A stretch of 64,000 bases of DNA. Source: a bacterium. Its GTDB lineage: Bacteria; BMS3Abin14. This document shows, piece after piece, positions 31,156 to 40,642 of the stretch. How positions within the stretch are numbered: the stretch's first letter is position 1; the number at the start of each line of letters is the position of its first letter. The translations under genes and the position numbers were made by a program. The notes under the pieces were generated by a model that made no database searches, was not told the DNA's origin, and was given only the letters and a program-made list of their open reading frames with translations. Where the stretch lies: contig CP070719.1 in the NCBI GenBank assembly GCA_020350725.1, forward strand, positions 1,579,404 to 1,643,403, in the 5' to 3' direction.

Positions 31156-31173
31156 GGTATACTTATGTATACC
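31156..31173. promoter_or_regulatory. Palindromic LexA-operator candidate GGTATAC-N4-GTATACC
   Basis: Perfect 7-4-7 palindrome upstream of lexA; matches the Geobacter-type box GGTT-N2-C-N4-G-N3-ACC at all but one position. Confidence 0.7.
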
Positions 31174-31480
31174 ACATGGGGTCTTAGAGGTAAAGAGGCA
31201 TTCGGGTCGGCAAGGCCCTTTCGGTTTCTTTACAACGGACCCGTTAAGTGATAGAGTTTGGCATCAAAGCGTCAAGTAGGACTCAACGGTTACGGGAATC
31301 AGCCCCCGGCCGGCTCCCTCCGCGGGCAGACTCGTCCGGCGGTGTCTGTCCGGTGCCGGTGTTCCGCCGGCGGAAGCGACGGGCCGGGGCATGTGAAGGG
31401 GCTCCTCTTTCCGACGGGCGTAATCCCCTTTGCCGCACCGTCTGCACGGGCACGTTCGGGAGCATTGTCGAGAATATGTC

Positions 31481-34400
31481 ATGCGCTTGAAACGATTGGA
31501 GATACAGGGATTCAAGAGCTTCCCTGACCGGACCGTCTTCAAATTCCAGGCGGACGGCCTCACGGCCATCGTCGGTCCGAACGGTTGCGGCAAGAGCAAC
31601 ATCGTGGACGCCGTCCGGTGGGCTCTCGGCGAACAGAGCGCCAAGCTGCTCCGTGGCCAGACGATGGAGGACGTCATTTTCAACGGCAGTGACAGGCGCA
31701 AACCCCTCGGCATGGCCGAGGTTACCCTCCTTTTCGAGAACGACGGCGGCCTCAACGGGCAATGGCGTGATTATTCTGAGATATCCATCAGCCGCCGTCT
31801 TTTCCGGACCGGCGAGAGTGATTATCTGATCAACGGTGTCCCGTGTCGCCTGAAGGATGTCCGTGAGCTTCTCGCCGACGCCGGCGGGAGCAGCAGGGGT
31901 TATTCCATCGTCGAACAGGGACGGATCTCGCTCCTTATCAATTCCAAACCCGAGGAGAAGAGAGCCCTCATCGAAGAGGCGGCGGGGGTCCTCAAGTACC
32001 GGATGAGGAGGCAGGAGGCGGAGCGCAAGCTGGAGAGGACCAGGCAGAATCTCCTCCGGGTAAGCGATATCATCCGCGAGGTCAAGCGACAGGTTGATTC
32101 CCTGAAACGGAGCGCGGCCAAAGCCCGCCGTTACCGAAGGCTCCGTGACGATCTCAACTCCCTGGTCCTGCGTGTCCGATACGAGGAATTTCAGGAATTA
32201 GGGGACAGCCTGTCCGGTCTCGAGGGTGAACTGGAGGAAAAGAGAGCCGCCATGGAGGGGAGGATGACGGCCCTCGCCGCCATGGAGGCCCGGGAGGAAG
32301 TCCTCAGGCTCGAACTGGCCGGTGGTGAGGAGAACATGACAAAAGCCTTCGAGGATGTCCGGTCCATTGAATCGGAGATCGCTCGCCTCGAGGGTGATAT
32401 ATCGGTAAGAGAAGGATCCGTCAGGTCCATCGAAGAGAGAATACACCGGCTCCTCGATGACGAGAAAAATCTCCAGAGATTGGGGGAATCGGAGGAACAC
32501 GAGCGGGTTCAGCTGGAACTGGAACTGGAATCCATCGAGGGAGAATACAGGAAATACAGCGAGGGGCTGGGATCGACATTGGAGGTCCTGGAGGGATCGG
32601 AGCGCGAGCTGGCTGAGATGCGCGAAAAAGTGGACGGAGCACGGAGGGGACTCTTTTCCCTCGGCACGGAGCGCTCCCGGCTCACTTCCGAGGTCGACTC
32701 CGGGAAGAAGGTGCTGGAGAGCATCCACAGGCGGAGGGGGGAGATCCTCTCGAGGGAGTCCTTTCTGGAAGAACGGATCCGGACGGCGCGGAGCGCCAGG
32801 GCCGAACGGGAGGACGAACTCGCCAAAGCCAGCGGCCAGAGGGAAGAGCAGCAGAGGACGATCGATGATCTGAAGGCCTGTCTCGACTCCTCCAGGGCAG
32901 AGCTATCCCAGGTAGAGAGCCGGCTGGTGTCTCTGTCCGAGCAGATGGCCGAGTTCAGGGGACTCCAGAGGACCCTGGCTGCGCTCGAGGACGAGATGGA
33001 GGGGTTCTCGGAGGGTGTGAGGGGGATCCTCAAGGAATACGCCGGATCCGGTGCCTCAGGCATCCTCGGGGTGGTTGCCGATCACCTTCAGGTGCCGCAG
33101 AGGTTCGAAAAAGCTGCACTGGCCGTCCTCGGCGAGCGGCTCCAGCACGTCATTGTCGATCATCCGGATAGCGGCCTGTCCGCAGTAGACTACCTCAAGG
33201 AACGGTCCAAGGGAAGGGGTGGTTTCATACCCAAGTCGCCCAGGACCAACGGCGGTGGAAACGGGAGTCTGGCTGCGGTTCAGGAGGAGGGAGTCCTCGG
33301 TCCTCTGACGGACCTGGTGGATTTCTCCGAAGACCTGAACGGCGTGGGGGATTTTCTGCTCGGCCATGCCGTTGTCGTTGAGAGCCTGGACAAGGCCCTG
33401 CGGCTGTGGAGGTCGAGCGGCTTTGAAGGCACCCTGGTGACCCTCGACGGAGATGTGGTGGAGCCGACCGGTGTCATCACCGGGGGCAGCCTGGATGGAG
33501 GCGGCACCGAGATCCTATCGCGTAAGAGAAGGCTGAAGGAGGTCCGCGAGCTGTCTGCCTCGCTGGACGTGGAACTGGGATCCACCCGGGTCAGGAGGGA
33601 CGACCTCAGGGAGAAGATCGCCTCCGATGAGGGGGAACTCGATGAAGCCCGCAGGCGGCTGCGTGAAGCTGAAAAGAGCTGTATCGATGGAGAGGGTTCC
33701 CTTGCCCTGTTGGAGAAGGAGGCCGTGCAGCTCGAGACATCGGTTGAGGACATCCGCACCGAGGCGAGAATGATCCAGGACGAGGCGGCCCAGACATCAA
33801 GACACATCCTGGAATGTCAGGAGAGGCTTGCGCGGCTGGCTGATGAGGAGGCTGCGACGCAGGAACGGCTCCAATCCCTCGAGGGGTCCCTCGGCGAACT
33901 GGAGGGGACACTCCAGGGGCTTCGCAGGGATGCCGAGGAGGCCCGCATCAAGGTCAATTCGATCACCCTGAAGCGTGAGAGCTCGGAGAAAGCCCTCGAG
34001 GGGGCGAGGACGAGGTCCAGAGAGTTTGAGGAACGCAGGAGCCGAATGAGGGAGGAGATCGAGGATTCCAGGGCGAGGATCCTGCTCCATCGAGAGGAAA
34101 TAGAAGCGGGCAGGACAGGTGTGGAGGAGGCCGCTGCGGAACTGGATGTCAGGAAGGAGCGGCTCGTAAGGTTGCGCGAGGAACAGGAACGGGCCCGGTC
34201 GGAAGCCGGCGAGGTAGCCGTTCAGGTCCGTGAGATGAGGCAGATCATCGGTATGATGAGGGATGAGGTGTCCAGGATCGATATCAGGATCCACGAGTTG
34301 AAAACCGAAAGGCAGGGGCTTCTGACAAGGGTCCAGGAGGAACACGGGCTCGATATCGCCTCGGTTTCAGCCGATCTCATCGGAGACCGGGAATACGACC

Positions 34401-35053
34401 GCCCTGAGGCGATGGAACGGATAGGCAGCCTCAGGCAGAAGATAGCGTCGCTGGGCGAGGTCAATCCAGGCGCCGTGGAGGAGTTCGAGGAGCTGAACCA
34501 GAGGTACGATTTCCTCACCGCCCAGAAGGACGACCTGGAAAGCTCCATAGAATCCCTGCAGAAGGCCATACGAAAGATCAACCGCAAGAGCAGGGAACGG
34601 TTCGTCAGTACCTTCAAGGAGGTCAATGAGAATTTCTCCCGCCTCTTCCCCGCCCTCTTCGAGGGGGGCAGCGGAGAGATGGTGCTTATCGACGAGAACG
34701 ATCCCCTGAACACGGGGGTGGAGATCAACGTGAAGCCGCCCGGCAAGAAGCTCAGGAGCATGCAGCTCCTCTCCGGCGGCGAGAAAGCTCTGGTCAGCCT
34801 GACCATGATCCTGTCCATGTTCCTGGTCAAACCCAGCCCTTTCTGCATCCTGGACGAGGTGGATGCCCCCCTGGACGACGACAATCTCAGCCATTTCGCC
34901 CGGATCGTCCAGGATCTGTCCCGGAAATACCAGGTCCTGGTGATCACCCACAACAAACTGACCATGGAATCGGCCGACGTTCTATACGGCATCACCATGC
35001 GGGAGCCCGGAGTTTCCCAGGTGGTCTCCGTTCGCCTCAGGGACGTGGCCTGA
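31481..35053 (+). CDS. smc: Chromosome segregation protein SMC
   Basis: GFKSF, GPNGCGKSN, coiled coils, hinge (VTLDGD..G.ITGG), LSGGEK, LDEVDAPLD. Confidence 0.97.
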   Translation: MRLKRLEIQGFKSFPDRTVFKFQADGLTAIVGPNGCGKSNIVDAVRWALGEQSAKLLRGQTMEDVIFNGSDRRKPLGMAEVTLLFENDGGLNGQWRDYSEISISRRLFRTGESDYLINGVPCRLKDVRELLADAGGSSRGYSIVEQGRISLLINSKPEEKRALIEEAAGVLKYRMRRQEAERKLERTRQNLLRVSDIIREVKRQVDSLKRSAAKARRYRRLRDDLNSLVLRVRYEEFQELGDSLSGLEGELEEKRAAMEGRMTALAAMEAREEVLRLELAGGEENMTKAFEDVRSIESEIARLEGDISVREGSVRSIEERIHRLLDDEKNLQRLGESEEHERVQLELELESIEGEYRKYSEGLGSTLEVLEGSERELAEMREKVDGARRGLFSLGTERSRLTSEVDSGKKVLESIHRRRGEILSRESFLEERIRTARSARAEREDELAKASGQREEQQRTIDDLKACLDSSRAELSQVESRLVSLSEQMAEFRGLQRTLAALEDEMEGFSEGVRGILKEYAGSGASGILGVVADHLQVPQRFEKAALAVLGERLQHVIVDHPDSGLSAVDYLKERSKGRGGFIPKSPRTNGGGNGSLAAVQEEGVLGPLTDLVDFSEDLNGVGDFLLGHAVVVESLDKALRLWRSSGFEGTLVTLDGDVVEPTGVITGGSLDGGGTEILSRKRRLKEVRELSASLDVELGSTRVRRDDLREKIASDEGELDEARRRLREAEKSCIDGEGSLALLEKEAVQLETSVEDIRTEARMIQDEAAQTSRHILECQERLARLADEEAATQERLQSLEGSLGELEGTLQGLRRDAEEARIKVNSITLKRESSEKALEGARTRSREFEERRSRMREEIEDSRARILLHREEIEAGRTGVEEAAAELDVRKERLVRLREEQERARSEAGEVAVQVREMRQIIGMMRDEVSRIDIRIHELKTERQGLLTRVQEEHGLDIASVSADLIGDREYDRPEAMERIGSLRQKIASLGEVNPGAVEEFEELNQRYDFLTAQKDDLESSIESLQKAIRKINRKSRERFVSTFKEVNENFSRLFPALFEGGSGEMVLIDENDPLNTGVEINVKPPGKKLRSMQLLSGGEKALVSLTMILSMFLVKPSPFCILDEVDAPLDDDNLSHFARIVQDLSRKYQVLVITHNKLTMESADVLYGITMREPGVSQVVSVRLRDVA

Positions 35054-35415
35054 TGCCCTTTCGCCGGGAACTCGGAAAGATCGTCAGCAGGGCCTCGGGC
35101 GCCGTCGGGGCCGTCTTCGTGGACGACAACGGCGAGACCATCGACCAGTTCACGAGCAGGGGAGACCAGGAGGATATCCGCCTGGTGGGCGCCCACCAGG
35201 GTATCGTTCTCCGGGAACTGCTCCGGGTGGTCAACAGGGCGGGAAACGGTGACAGGCTTCAGGGTGTGTCCATAACCTCCCAGAACCACGTTTACTCGGT
35301 GGTCCCAGTCGATGAGGATAATTTCCTGGTTCTGGTGCAGGACCAGACCGGTCTCCCCTCGCAGGGTATGAGGGTCCTGGAGGAGGCGGTGGAGGAGATA
35401 CGGGCGTTGATCTGA
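35053..35415 (+). CDS. Roadblock/LC7 domain protein
   Basis: Coupled to the smc stop; GAVGAVFVDDNGETI, 120 aa, Roadblock-like pattern. Confidence 0.75.
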   Translation: MPFRRELGKIVSRASGAVGAVFVDDNGETIDQFTSRGDQEDIRLVGAHQGIVLRELLRVVNRAGNGDRLQGVSITSQNHVYSVVPVDEDNFLVLVQDQTGLPSQGMRVLEEAVEEIRALI

Positions 35416-35652
35416 GGCCTACTCCCCGTGATTCGTGACTTCTGACTCGTGTAGTCAAATCGGGAACGTACTGAAGTATAAATCTCCGGCATTCGATCAC
35501 CAAGGTAGAAATCCCCGACCGATAGAGGAACCACCCATTGCCTCGACTTCAGACGACAAGAGGGGAACGGGGACGCCCATCTCTCCGAAATACGAATCAC
35601 GGATCACTCTCTTTCAGGGGCTTATTCCCGCTTTCTTTTATAACCACATTCC

Positions 35653-36621
35653 ATGACCACTCCCGGCGATAAGGACAGATACCTGATCGGTCTCGACAGA
35701 AGCCGCAGTTCCCTGATGGGACGGTTTCGGTCCATCTTCGGCCAGGGGGCCCAGATCGGCCGGGACCAGTTGGAGGAGCTGGAGGAAGCCCTTATTCAGG
35801 CCGATGTCGGTATGGATTACACCGTTCGGATCGTCGAGGAACTTGGCCAGGTCCTCGGAAGACAAAGAGCATGGACCCAGGAGGATATCAGGGGCTTCCT
35901 GACCGCCATCATTGCCAGGGCAGTGGGCGTGGGCGGGCGGAGGAGAGGCATGCTCTCCCTGTTGGAAGGCGATGCCGGTGGGGGTTCGCGGCAGGGAAAG
36001 GGAACCGAAGTCGTTCTCGTCGTGGGCGTGAATGGAACGGGCAAGACCACTACCATCGGCAAGCTGGCGCACCGTTTCCGGAAACGCGGTCTAAGGGTCC
36101 TTCTCGCGGCGGGGGACACCTACAGGGCTGCGGCGGAAGAACAGCTTGAGATCTGGGCCGAGCGATCGGGTTCCCTTTACCACCGCGGAAGCGAAGGGGC
36201 CGATCCGGCGAGTGTCGTCCACGACGCCCTCTCCATTGCTCTGTCCGGATCGGTGGACGTCGCCCTGGTGGATACGGCGGGAAGGCTTCACACCAAGGAA
36301 CCGCTTATGAGGGAGCTGGCCAAGATCATGAAGGTCGCCTCGAGGGTGGTGGAGGGAGCCCCCCACGAGGTTGTCCTGGTCCTGGATGCGACAACGGGAC
36401 AGAATGCTCTGGTCCAGGCCAGGACTTTCCTGGAGACCGTGGGAGTGACGGCGGTGATCCTCACGAAAATGGACGGGACGGCCAAGGGGGGGATCCTCAT
36501 ACCGATCGCCGGCGAACTGGGGCTACCGATCAGCTATGTCGGCCTGGGCGAGGGCCTTGACGACCTGGTTCCCTTTGATCCGCAGGCCTACGCGGAGGCC
36601 TTGATCGGAGGGGATGATTAG
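35653..36621 (+). CDS. ftsY: SRP receptor FtsY
   Basis: LIQADVG, GVNGTGKTTTIGKLA, DTYRAAA, DTAGR, DATTGQN, TKMDGTAKGG. Confidence 0.97.
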   Translation: MTTPGDKDRYLIGLDRSRSSLMGRFRSIFGQGAQIGRDQLEELEEALIQADVGMDYTVRIVEELGQVLGRQRAWTQEDIRGFLTAIIARAVGVGGRRRGMLSLLEGDAGGGSRQGKGTEVVLVVGVNGTGKTTTIGKLAHRFRKRGLRVLLAAGDTYRAAAEEQLEIWAERSGSLYHRGSEGADPASVVHDALSIALSGSVDVALVDTAGRLHTKEPLMRELAKIMKVASRVVEGAPHEVVLVLDATTGQNALVQARTFLETVGVTAVILTKMDGTAKGGILIPIAGELGLPISYVGLGEGLDDLVPFDPQAYAEALIGGDD

Positions 36622-37124
36622 GGCTTCGGCAGATCCAGAATCCAAAGTCCAAAAAGTTAAAACCCATTGTACCTTGCATATAACGGCTCTAACTTTTTAC
36701 TTTTACCTTTTCACTTTCCACTGATTCCCGGTTTGACGTCGGGCGGTCGTCAATCGAATATCCCCCCGCAGTGGGAGAGAAAAACGGCGATGAGGACCAC
36801 AATGGCCACCAGGTAGAGCAGACAGCCGGTGGCCTCGAGGATCTTCCTGACGGTGTTTTTCGTGCCTTTTCCTCTCACGGCGACCCATGCTAACAGAAAA
36901 ACGGGGTCTGAACCATATCGTAAAATAGCGGCCGGTTTCATGTCGTCCCGGTGACAAATTGGGTCAGAAAATTTTTCCCGCTCCCCCGTTTCAGGAAAGG
37001 CAGACCCCTCGCTCCACCGGATCCCCGTCTCGGCAAACCACAAGAAAACCTATTTAGAATAGCTTGTTTAAGGCCCTCCCGAAGCAGTTTCCTGTGCCGT
37101 AATTGCCGGGAGGATTCTGCACAG

Positions 37125-37156
37125 AATCAATAGGTTACATTGGCAAATTATTTGCA
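37125..37156 (+). promoter_or_regulatory. Sigma-54 promoter with adjacent IHF site
   Basis: TGGCAAATTATTTGCA 37141-37156 (GG-N10-GC); AATCAATAGGTTA 37125-37137 equals the IHF consensus WATCAANNNNTTR. Confidence 0.7.
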
Positions 37157-37215
37157 ATCGATAAGGTAAAGAAATAGCTGCCGTCAGGAATCGATCAGAA
37201 AGGGGGAGGTACTCG

Positions 37216-37533
37216 ATGAAGATGAACTGCTGGGAACACAAGAGATGCGGAAGAGAGCCGGAGGGCAGCAAGGTCCAGGAACTGGGTGTTTGCGCTGCCG
37301 CCGTGGAGAAAAGACTTGACGGAGTCCACGGAGGGATCAATGCAGGCCGGACCTGCTGGGTTGTTGCGGGCACCCTTTGCGGCGGTGAGGTACAGGGGAC
37401 CTTCGCGGAAAAGATGGGGAACTGCCGAAAATGCGATTTCTATCAGGCCGTCTGGCACGAGGAGGTGGGAGACTTCGAGACGGTGAGCCAGCTCCATGAG
37501 CGGCTCATCCGAGCGAGGGTCGCAGCTTCCTGA
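37216..37533 (+). CDS. Two-CW domain, Cys-rich small protein
   Basis: NCWEHKRCGRE...C...GRTCWVVAGTLCGG.VQG.FAEK..C..CDFY; RBS GGAGG. Confidence 0.85.
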   Translation: MKMNCWEHKRCGREPEGSKVQELGVCAAAVEKRLDGVHGGINAGRTCWVVAGTLCGGEVQGTFAEKMGNCRKCDFYQAVWHEEVGDFETVSQLHERLIRARVAAS

Positions 37534-37589
37534 AGGCCCCACCGCCCGGTTGACTTTTGATAAGAAAAGAGTTACCAAAATGGCCTTCG

Positions 37590-37666
37590 GGCGGTGTAGC
37601 TCAGGTGGTTAGAGCATGCGGCTCATATCCGCAGTGTCCGGGGTTCAAGTCCCTGCACCGCCACCA
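37590..37666 (+). tRNA. tRNA-Met (CAT), elongator type
   Basis: Acceptor stem GGCGGTG/CACCGCC plus ACCA; anticodon arm TGCGG-ctCATat-CCGCA; T-loop GTTCAAG. Confidence 0.95.
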
Positions 37667-37709
37667 CCCTAAAATAAAGGCCCTTTTCAGGGCCTTTTTT
37701 TTAGGGTGG
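37664..37709. terminator. Likely bidirectional terminator after tRNA-Met / acnB
   Basis: ccaccctaaaataaaggccc-tttt-cagggcc followed by a T run and agggtgg; extended hairpin with A and T tracts. Confidence 0.75.
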
Positions 37710-37872
37710 TGCGCATCGGAGTATGGGAGGATCGGGGCGTCGGGCAAAGGGCTGGAGGGGACGACCGAACCGCCCCTTGTTCAGAACTTTCCAGGTCGGA
37801 TTAAATCCTTTCACCGATGCGCCGAAACGCCGCCACACCCTTACCTTGGATAGATCGCCCAGTTACTGCCGA

Positions 37873-40464
37873 CTAGAACGCCATTGGAGTCATGATCTTT
37901 TCCTCATCCTTCTCGATGTTCTCACGGTAGTAGGACATGTACTCCTCGAGGGTGGGCACCTTGCCGGTGATGGCGCAGACCGTGGCTACCAGCGAGGAAC
38001 CCAGGTACACCTGGGCGCCCGTGCCCATGCGATTGTCGAAATTCCGGGTGCTTGTGGACAGGACGGTAGCCCCGGTGGCCACCTGGCCCTGGTTGCCCAT
38101 GCAAAGGGAGCAGCCCGGTACGTGGACGTTGGCGCCGGCGTGCATGAGGGTCTGGTGGACCCCTTCGTCGGCCAGTCTGGCGTTGCTCTCTCTGTCGGGG
38201 GGCACGGCCCAGAGGCGCATGTCCGGCGGCAGGAGTTTACCCGCGAGGACGGCAGCAGCCGCCCGGAAGTCGGTTATATCGGTCATGCACGATCCGACAA
38301 AGACCTCGTCGATGACCGTACCCGCGGCCTCGGAGAGGGTGACGATTTTGTCCGGATCGTTGGGCGCGGCCAGGAGGGGCTCCTGAACCGTCGCCAGGTC
38401 GATCTCGATAATGTCGGCGTATTCGGCGCCCTCATCACCGGTGAGGAATTCCGGTGCCTTCAGCCACTTCTCCATGAGGTTGATGATGACCTTGATCTGC
38501 TTGGAGGGGTTCCTCTTAATGAAGTTCTCCTTGAGGAACTTCAGGTTGTTCTCGACATATTCGACGATCCTGTCCGGATGGTGGGCGAAGGTTGAGGCGG
38601 CGGCGGATCGTTCCGCGGAGGTGTCGGTGAACTTGTAGGACTCCTCCACCGGCATTAAGTCCAGGCCCTCGATCTCAAGGATCCGATCGGCGAAGACGTT
38701 GATTTTGGCATCACCCTTCTCCAGGTTGAGTTTGCCCTGTTGAAGGGCCACCCACGGGATTGCGTTGACAAGGTCCCTGGCGGTGATGCCGGGCTGGATC
38801 TCACCCCTGAATCGAACCAGAACCGACTCGGGCATATCGAGGGGAAGGTATCCCTGGCTGGCCGCGAACGCCACGAGGTCGGACCCGGCGGGGAAACTGA
38901 TGCCTATGGGGAAGCGGGTGTGGCTGTCCCCTCCCGTCCCCACAAAGTAGGGGAGGAGGAACCGGTTGCCGTTGGTGTGGATGATCCCGTCCCCCGGCCT
39001 CAGGGCGATGCCGCCCAGTTGATTGACGAACCGGGTCAGGGTGGTCTGCATCTCGGCGTCCTTGCTCCTCGGCCCGGCGGCGGTGTGGCAGAAGGACTGG
39101 ATAAACACTGTGGCAAAGTGGGTACAGGCCAGTTCCTCCAGCTCCTGCCGGGTCATCTTGCCTGTCGTGTCCTGGCTGAAAACGAGGTGGGCCTGCGGCT
39201 CGACGTACATCCCGGGCAGTACCCCGGAAAGCCCCGCCGCCCTGCCGACGAGCTTCTGGGCCAGCGAATAGGGCTTACTCTCAGGCAGGTCCGGCCTGCC
39301 GGGCAGAGGTACCGCCGGTTTCCCGGCTTGGATCCGGTTCTTGGCGCACGCCTCGATGGCCCTTTCGGTGAGCTTCCTTCCGATGATCAGGAGGTTTCTT
39401 CCTCCCGCCCTCGCTTCCTCCATGATGGACGATGGTTCGACCTTGAATGTCACGTGGGTCCTCCCCGTCTTACTGTCGGTAATGGTTCCCGCGGAAAAGT
39501 CCACCTCCACCACCATCCCTTCCTGGAGGCCTCCGGCCTGACAGCGGACAGGGACCGCGCCGCAGCCCCTCAGTGTATTGAAGAAAATGGGGGCGATCTT
39601 GGAGGCGAAGACGAGGCCTCCCCGCCTCTTGTTGGGGGTCTGGGGGATGTCCCGGCCGATCCACCACACCAGGGAGTTGGATGCCGATTTGCGGCTGCTC
39701 CCGGTTCCCACCACGTCACCGGCAAACAGGATCGGCATGCCGGGTTGCGCCGATTTCAATCTCTCCAGACGGTCGAGAAAGTCCCGGTCATGGGGGCTCG
39801 TCGACAGCATTGACAGGGCATGGAGGGGGATGTCGTCCCTGGTACCGGCTTCCTGGGCGGGCGAGAAGAAATCTGTGTTGATCTCGCCGCTGGTCCGGGC
39901 CACCACACAGGTCAATTTATCTGGGACGGGGGGAAGGTTGGCAAACCACGACGCCTCCGCCCAGTTCCTGAGGATGTATGCGGCGTGCTGGTTGCCGGCT
40001 CCGCCCAGTTCGGCCACCTTGGACACCATCATCGGCGAGATGAGGATGGTGTTGGAAAGAGCCTCGGCGGCCAGAACAGGGATCTCCCCCTTCAGGGAAA
40101 GGGCATCGAAGAGAAAGGGGATGTTCGCGCCGCCGCCCATCTGACCTAGCATCCGGACAGCATCGGTGGAGGTCAGAAAGGGCGAGATCCTGTCTCCCTT
40201 GAGGAGATCCCCGAGAAATTCGGCTTTCACGTAGGAGGCGTCCGTGACACCGGGGGGGACTCTCTCCTGCAGCAGGTAGACAAGTGTCTCGGCCGTGTCC
40301 TTGTGGCCGGGCATGACGAAAATAAGATCGAGTACGTCTGACTGAAGCGCCTCACAGACGGAAAGGGTCTGATCCCTGTCCAGGGGAAGGGGAGGGATCC
40401 CCTTTTCCCTGCGCGTTTCAGCATCTTTCAGATAACTGGTGAAGAAGGATTCGAGACTGGACAT
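37873..40464 (-). CDS. acnB: Aconitate hydratase B
   Basis: N-terminal R..KGIPPLPL HEAT domain, GDVVGTGSSRKSA, SQDTTG, QSFCHT, GGDSHTRFP, GSCM, PGCSLCMGNQ, STSTRNF. Confidence 0.95.
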   Translation of the reverse strand: MSSLESFFTSYLKDAETRREKGIPPLPLDRDQTLSVCEALQSDVLDLIFVMPGHKDTAETLVYLLQERVPPGVTDASYVKAEFLGDLLKGDRISPFLTSTDAVRMLGQMGGGANIPFLFDALSLKGEIPVLAAEALSNTILISPMMVSKVAELGGAGNQHAAYILRNWAEASWFANLPPVPDKLTCVVARTSGEINTDFFSPAQEAGTRDDIPLHALSMLSTSPHDRDFLDRLERLKSAQPGMPILFAGDVVGTGSSRKSASNSLVWWIGRDIPQTPNKRRGGLVFASKIAPIFFNTLRGCGAVPVRCQAGGLQEGMVVEVDFSAGTITDSKTGRTHVTFKVEPSSIMEEARAGGRNLLIIGRKLTERAIEACAKNRIQAGKPAVPLPGRPDLPESKPYSLAQKLVGRAAGLSGVLPGMYVEPQAHLVFSQDTTGKMTRQELEELACTHFATVFIQSFCHTAAGPRSKDAEMQTTLTRFVNQLGGIALRPGDGIIHTNGNRFLLPYFVGTGGDSHTRFPIGISFPAGSDLVAFAASQGYLPLDMPESVLVRFRGEIQPGITARDLVNAIPWVALQQGKLNLEKGDAKINVFADRILEIEGLDLMPVEESYKFTDTSAERSAAASTFAHHPDRIVEYVENNLKFLKENFIKRNPSKQIKVIINLMEKWLKAPEFLTGDEGAEYADIIEIDLATVQEPLLAAPNDPDKIVTLSEAAGTVIDEVFVGSCMTDITDFRAAAAVLAGKLLPPDMRLWAVPPDRESNARLADEGVHQTLMHAGANVHVPGCSLCMGNQGQVATGATVLSTSTRNFDNRMGTGAQVYLGSSLVATVCAITGKVPTLEEYMSYYRENIEKDEEKIMTPMAF

Positions 40465-40555
40465 GATAACCCCCTTATTGGACAGTGGTCGGTGAAAGGA
40501 TCAACTCTGGAATGATCGGGCTAAGTCGAAAAAAGTCTATTAAAGTCAAATTGTT

Positions 40556-40590
40556 AACTGGAAACTGGAAACTGGAAACGAGAAACTGTG
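40556..40590. repeat. Heptamer array (AACTGGA)n
   Basis: aactgga aactgga aactgga aacgaga aactgtg. Confidence 0.8.
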
Positions 40591-40623
40591 TCGAAAACAT
40601 AGTATCCTCAGAGGCTTTCGATG

Positions 40624-40642
40624 CTGTATATTGTATACAATT
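40624..40642 (-). promoter_or_regulatory. Operator candidate upstream of acnB (ATTGTATACAAT palindrome)
   Basis: Perfect 12-bp palindrome at 40630-40641; the minus strand reads AATTGTATACAATATACAG. Confidence 0.55.

Noticed and set aside
36622..37080. zapA/6S RNA after ftsY; small TM ORF ending at 36750 on the minus strand
   Set aside because: No zapA-like ORF or 6S-like hairpin was recognised. The small hydrophobic ORF has no clear start or RBS, so it is not called.
37590..37872. Integrative element at tRNA-Met
   Set aside because: No integrase nearby and no duplicated tRNA 3' end seen in the window.
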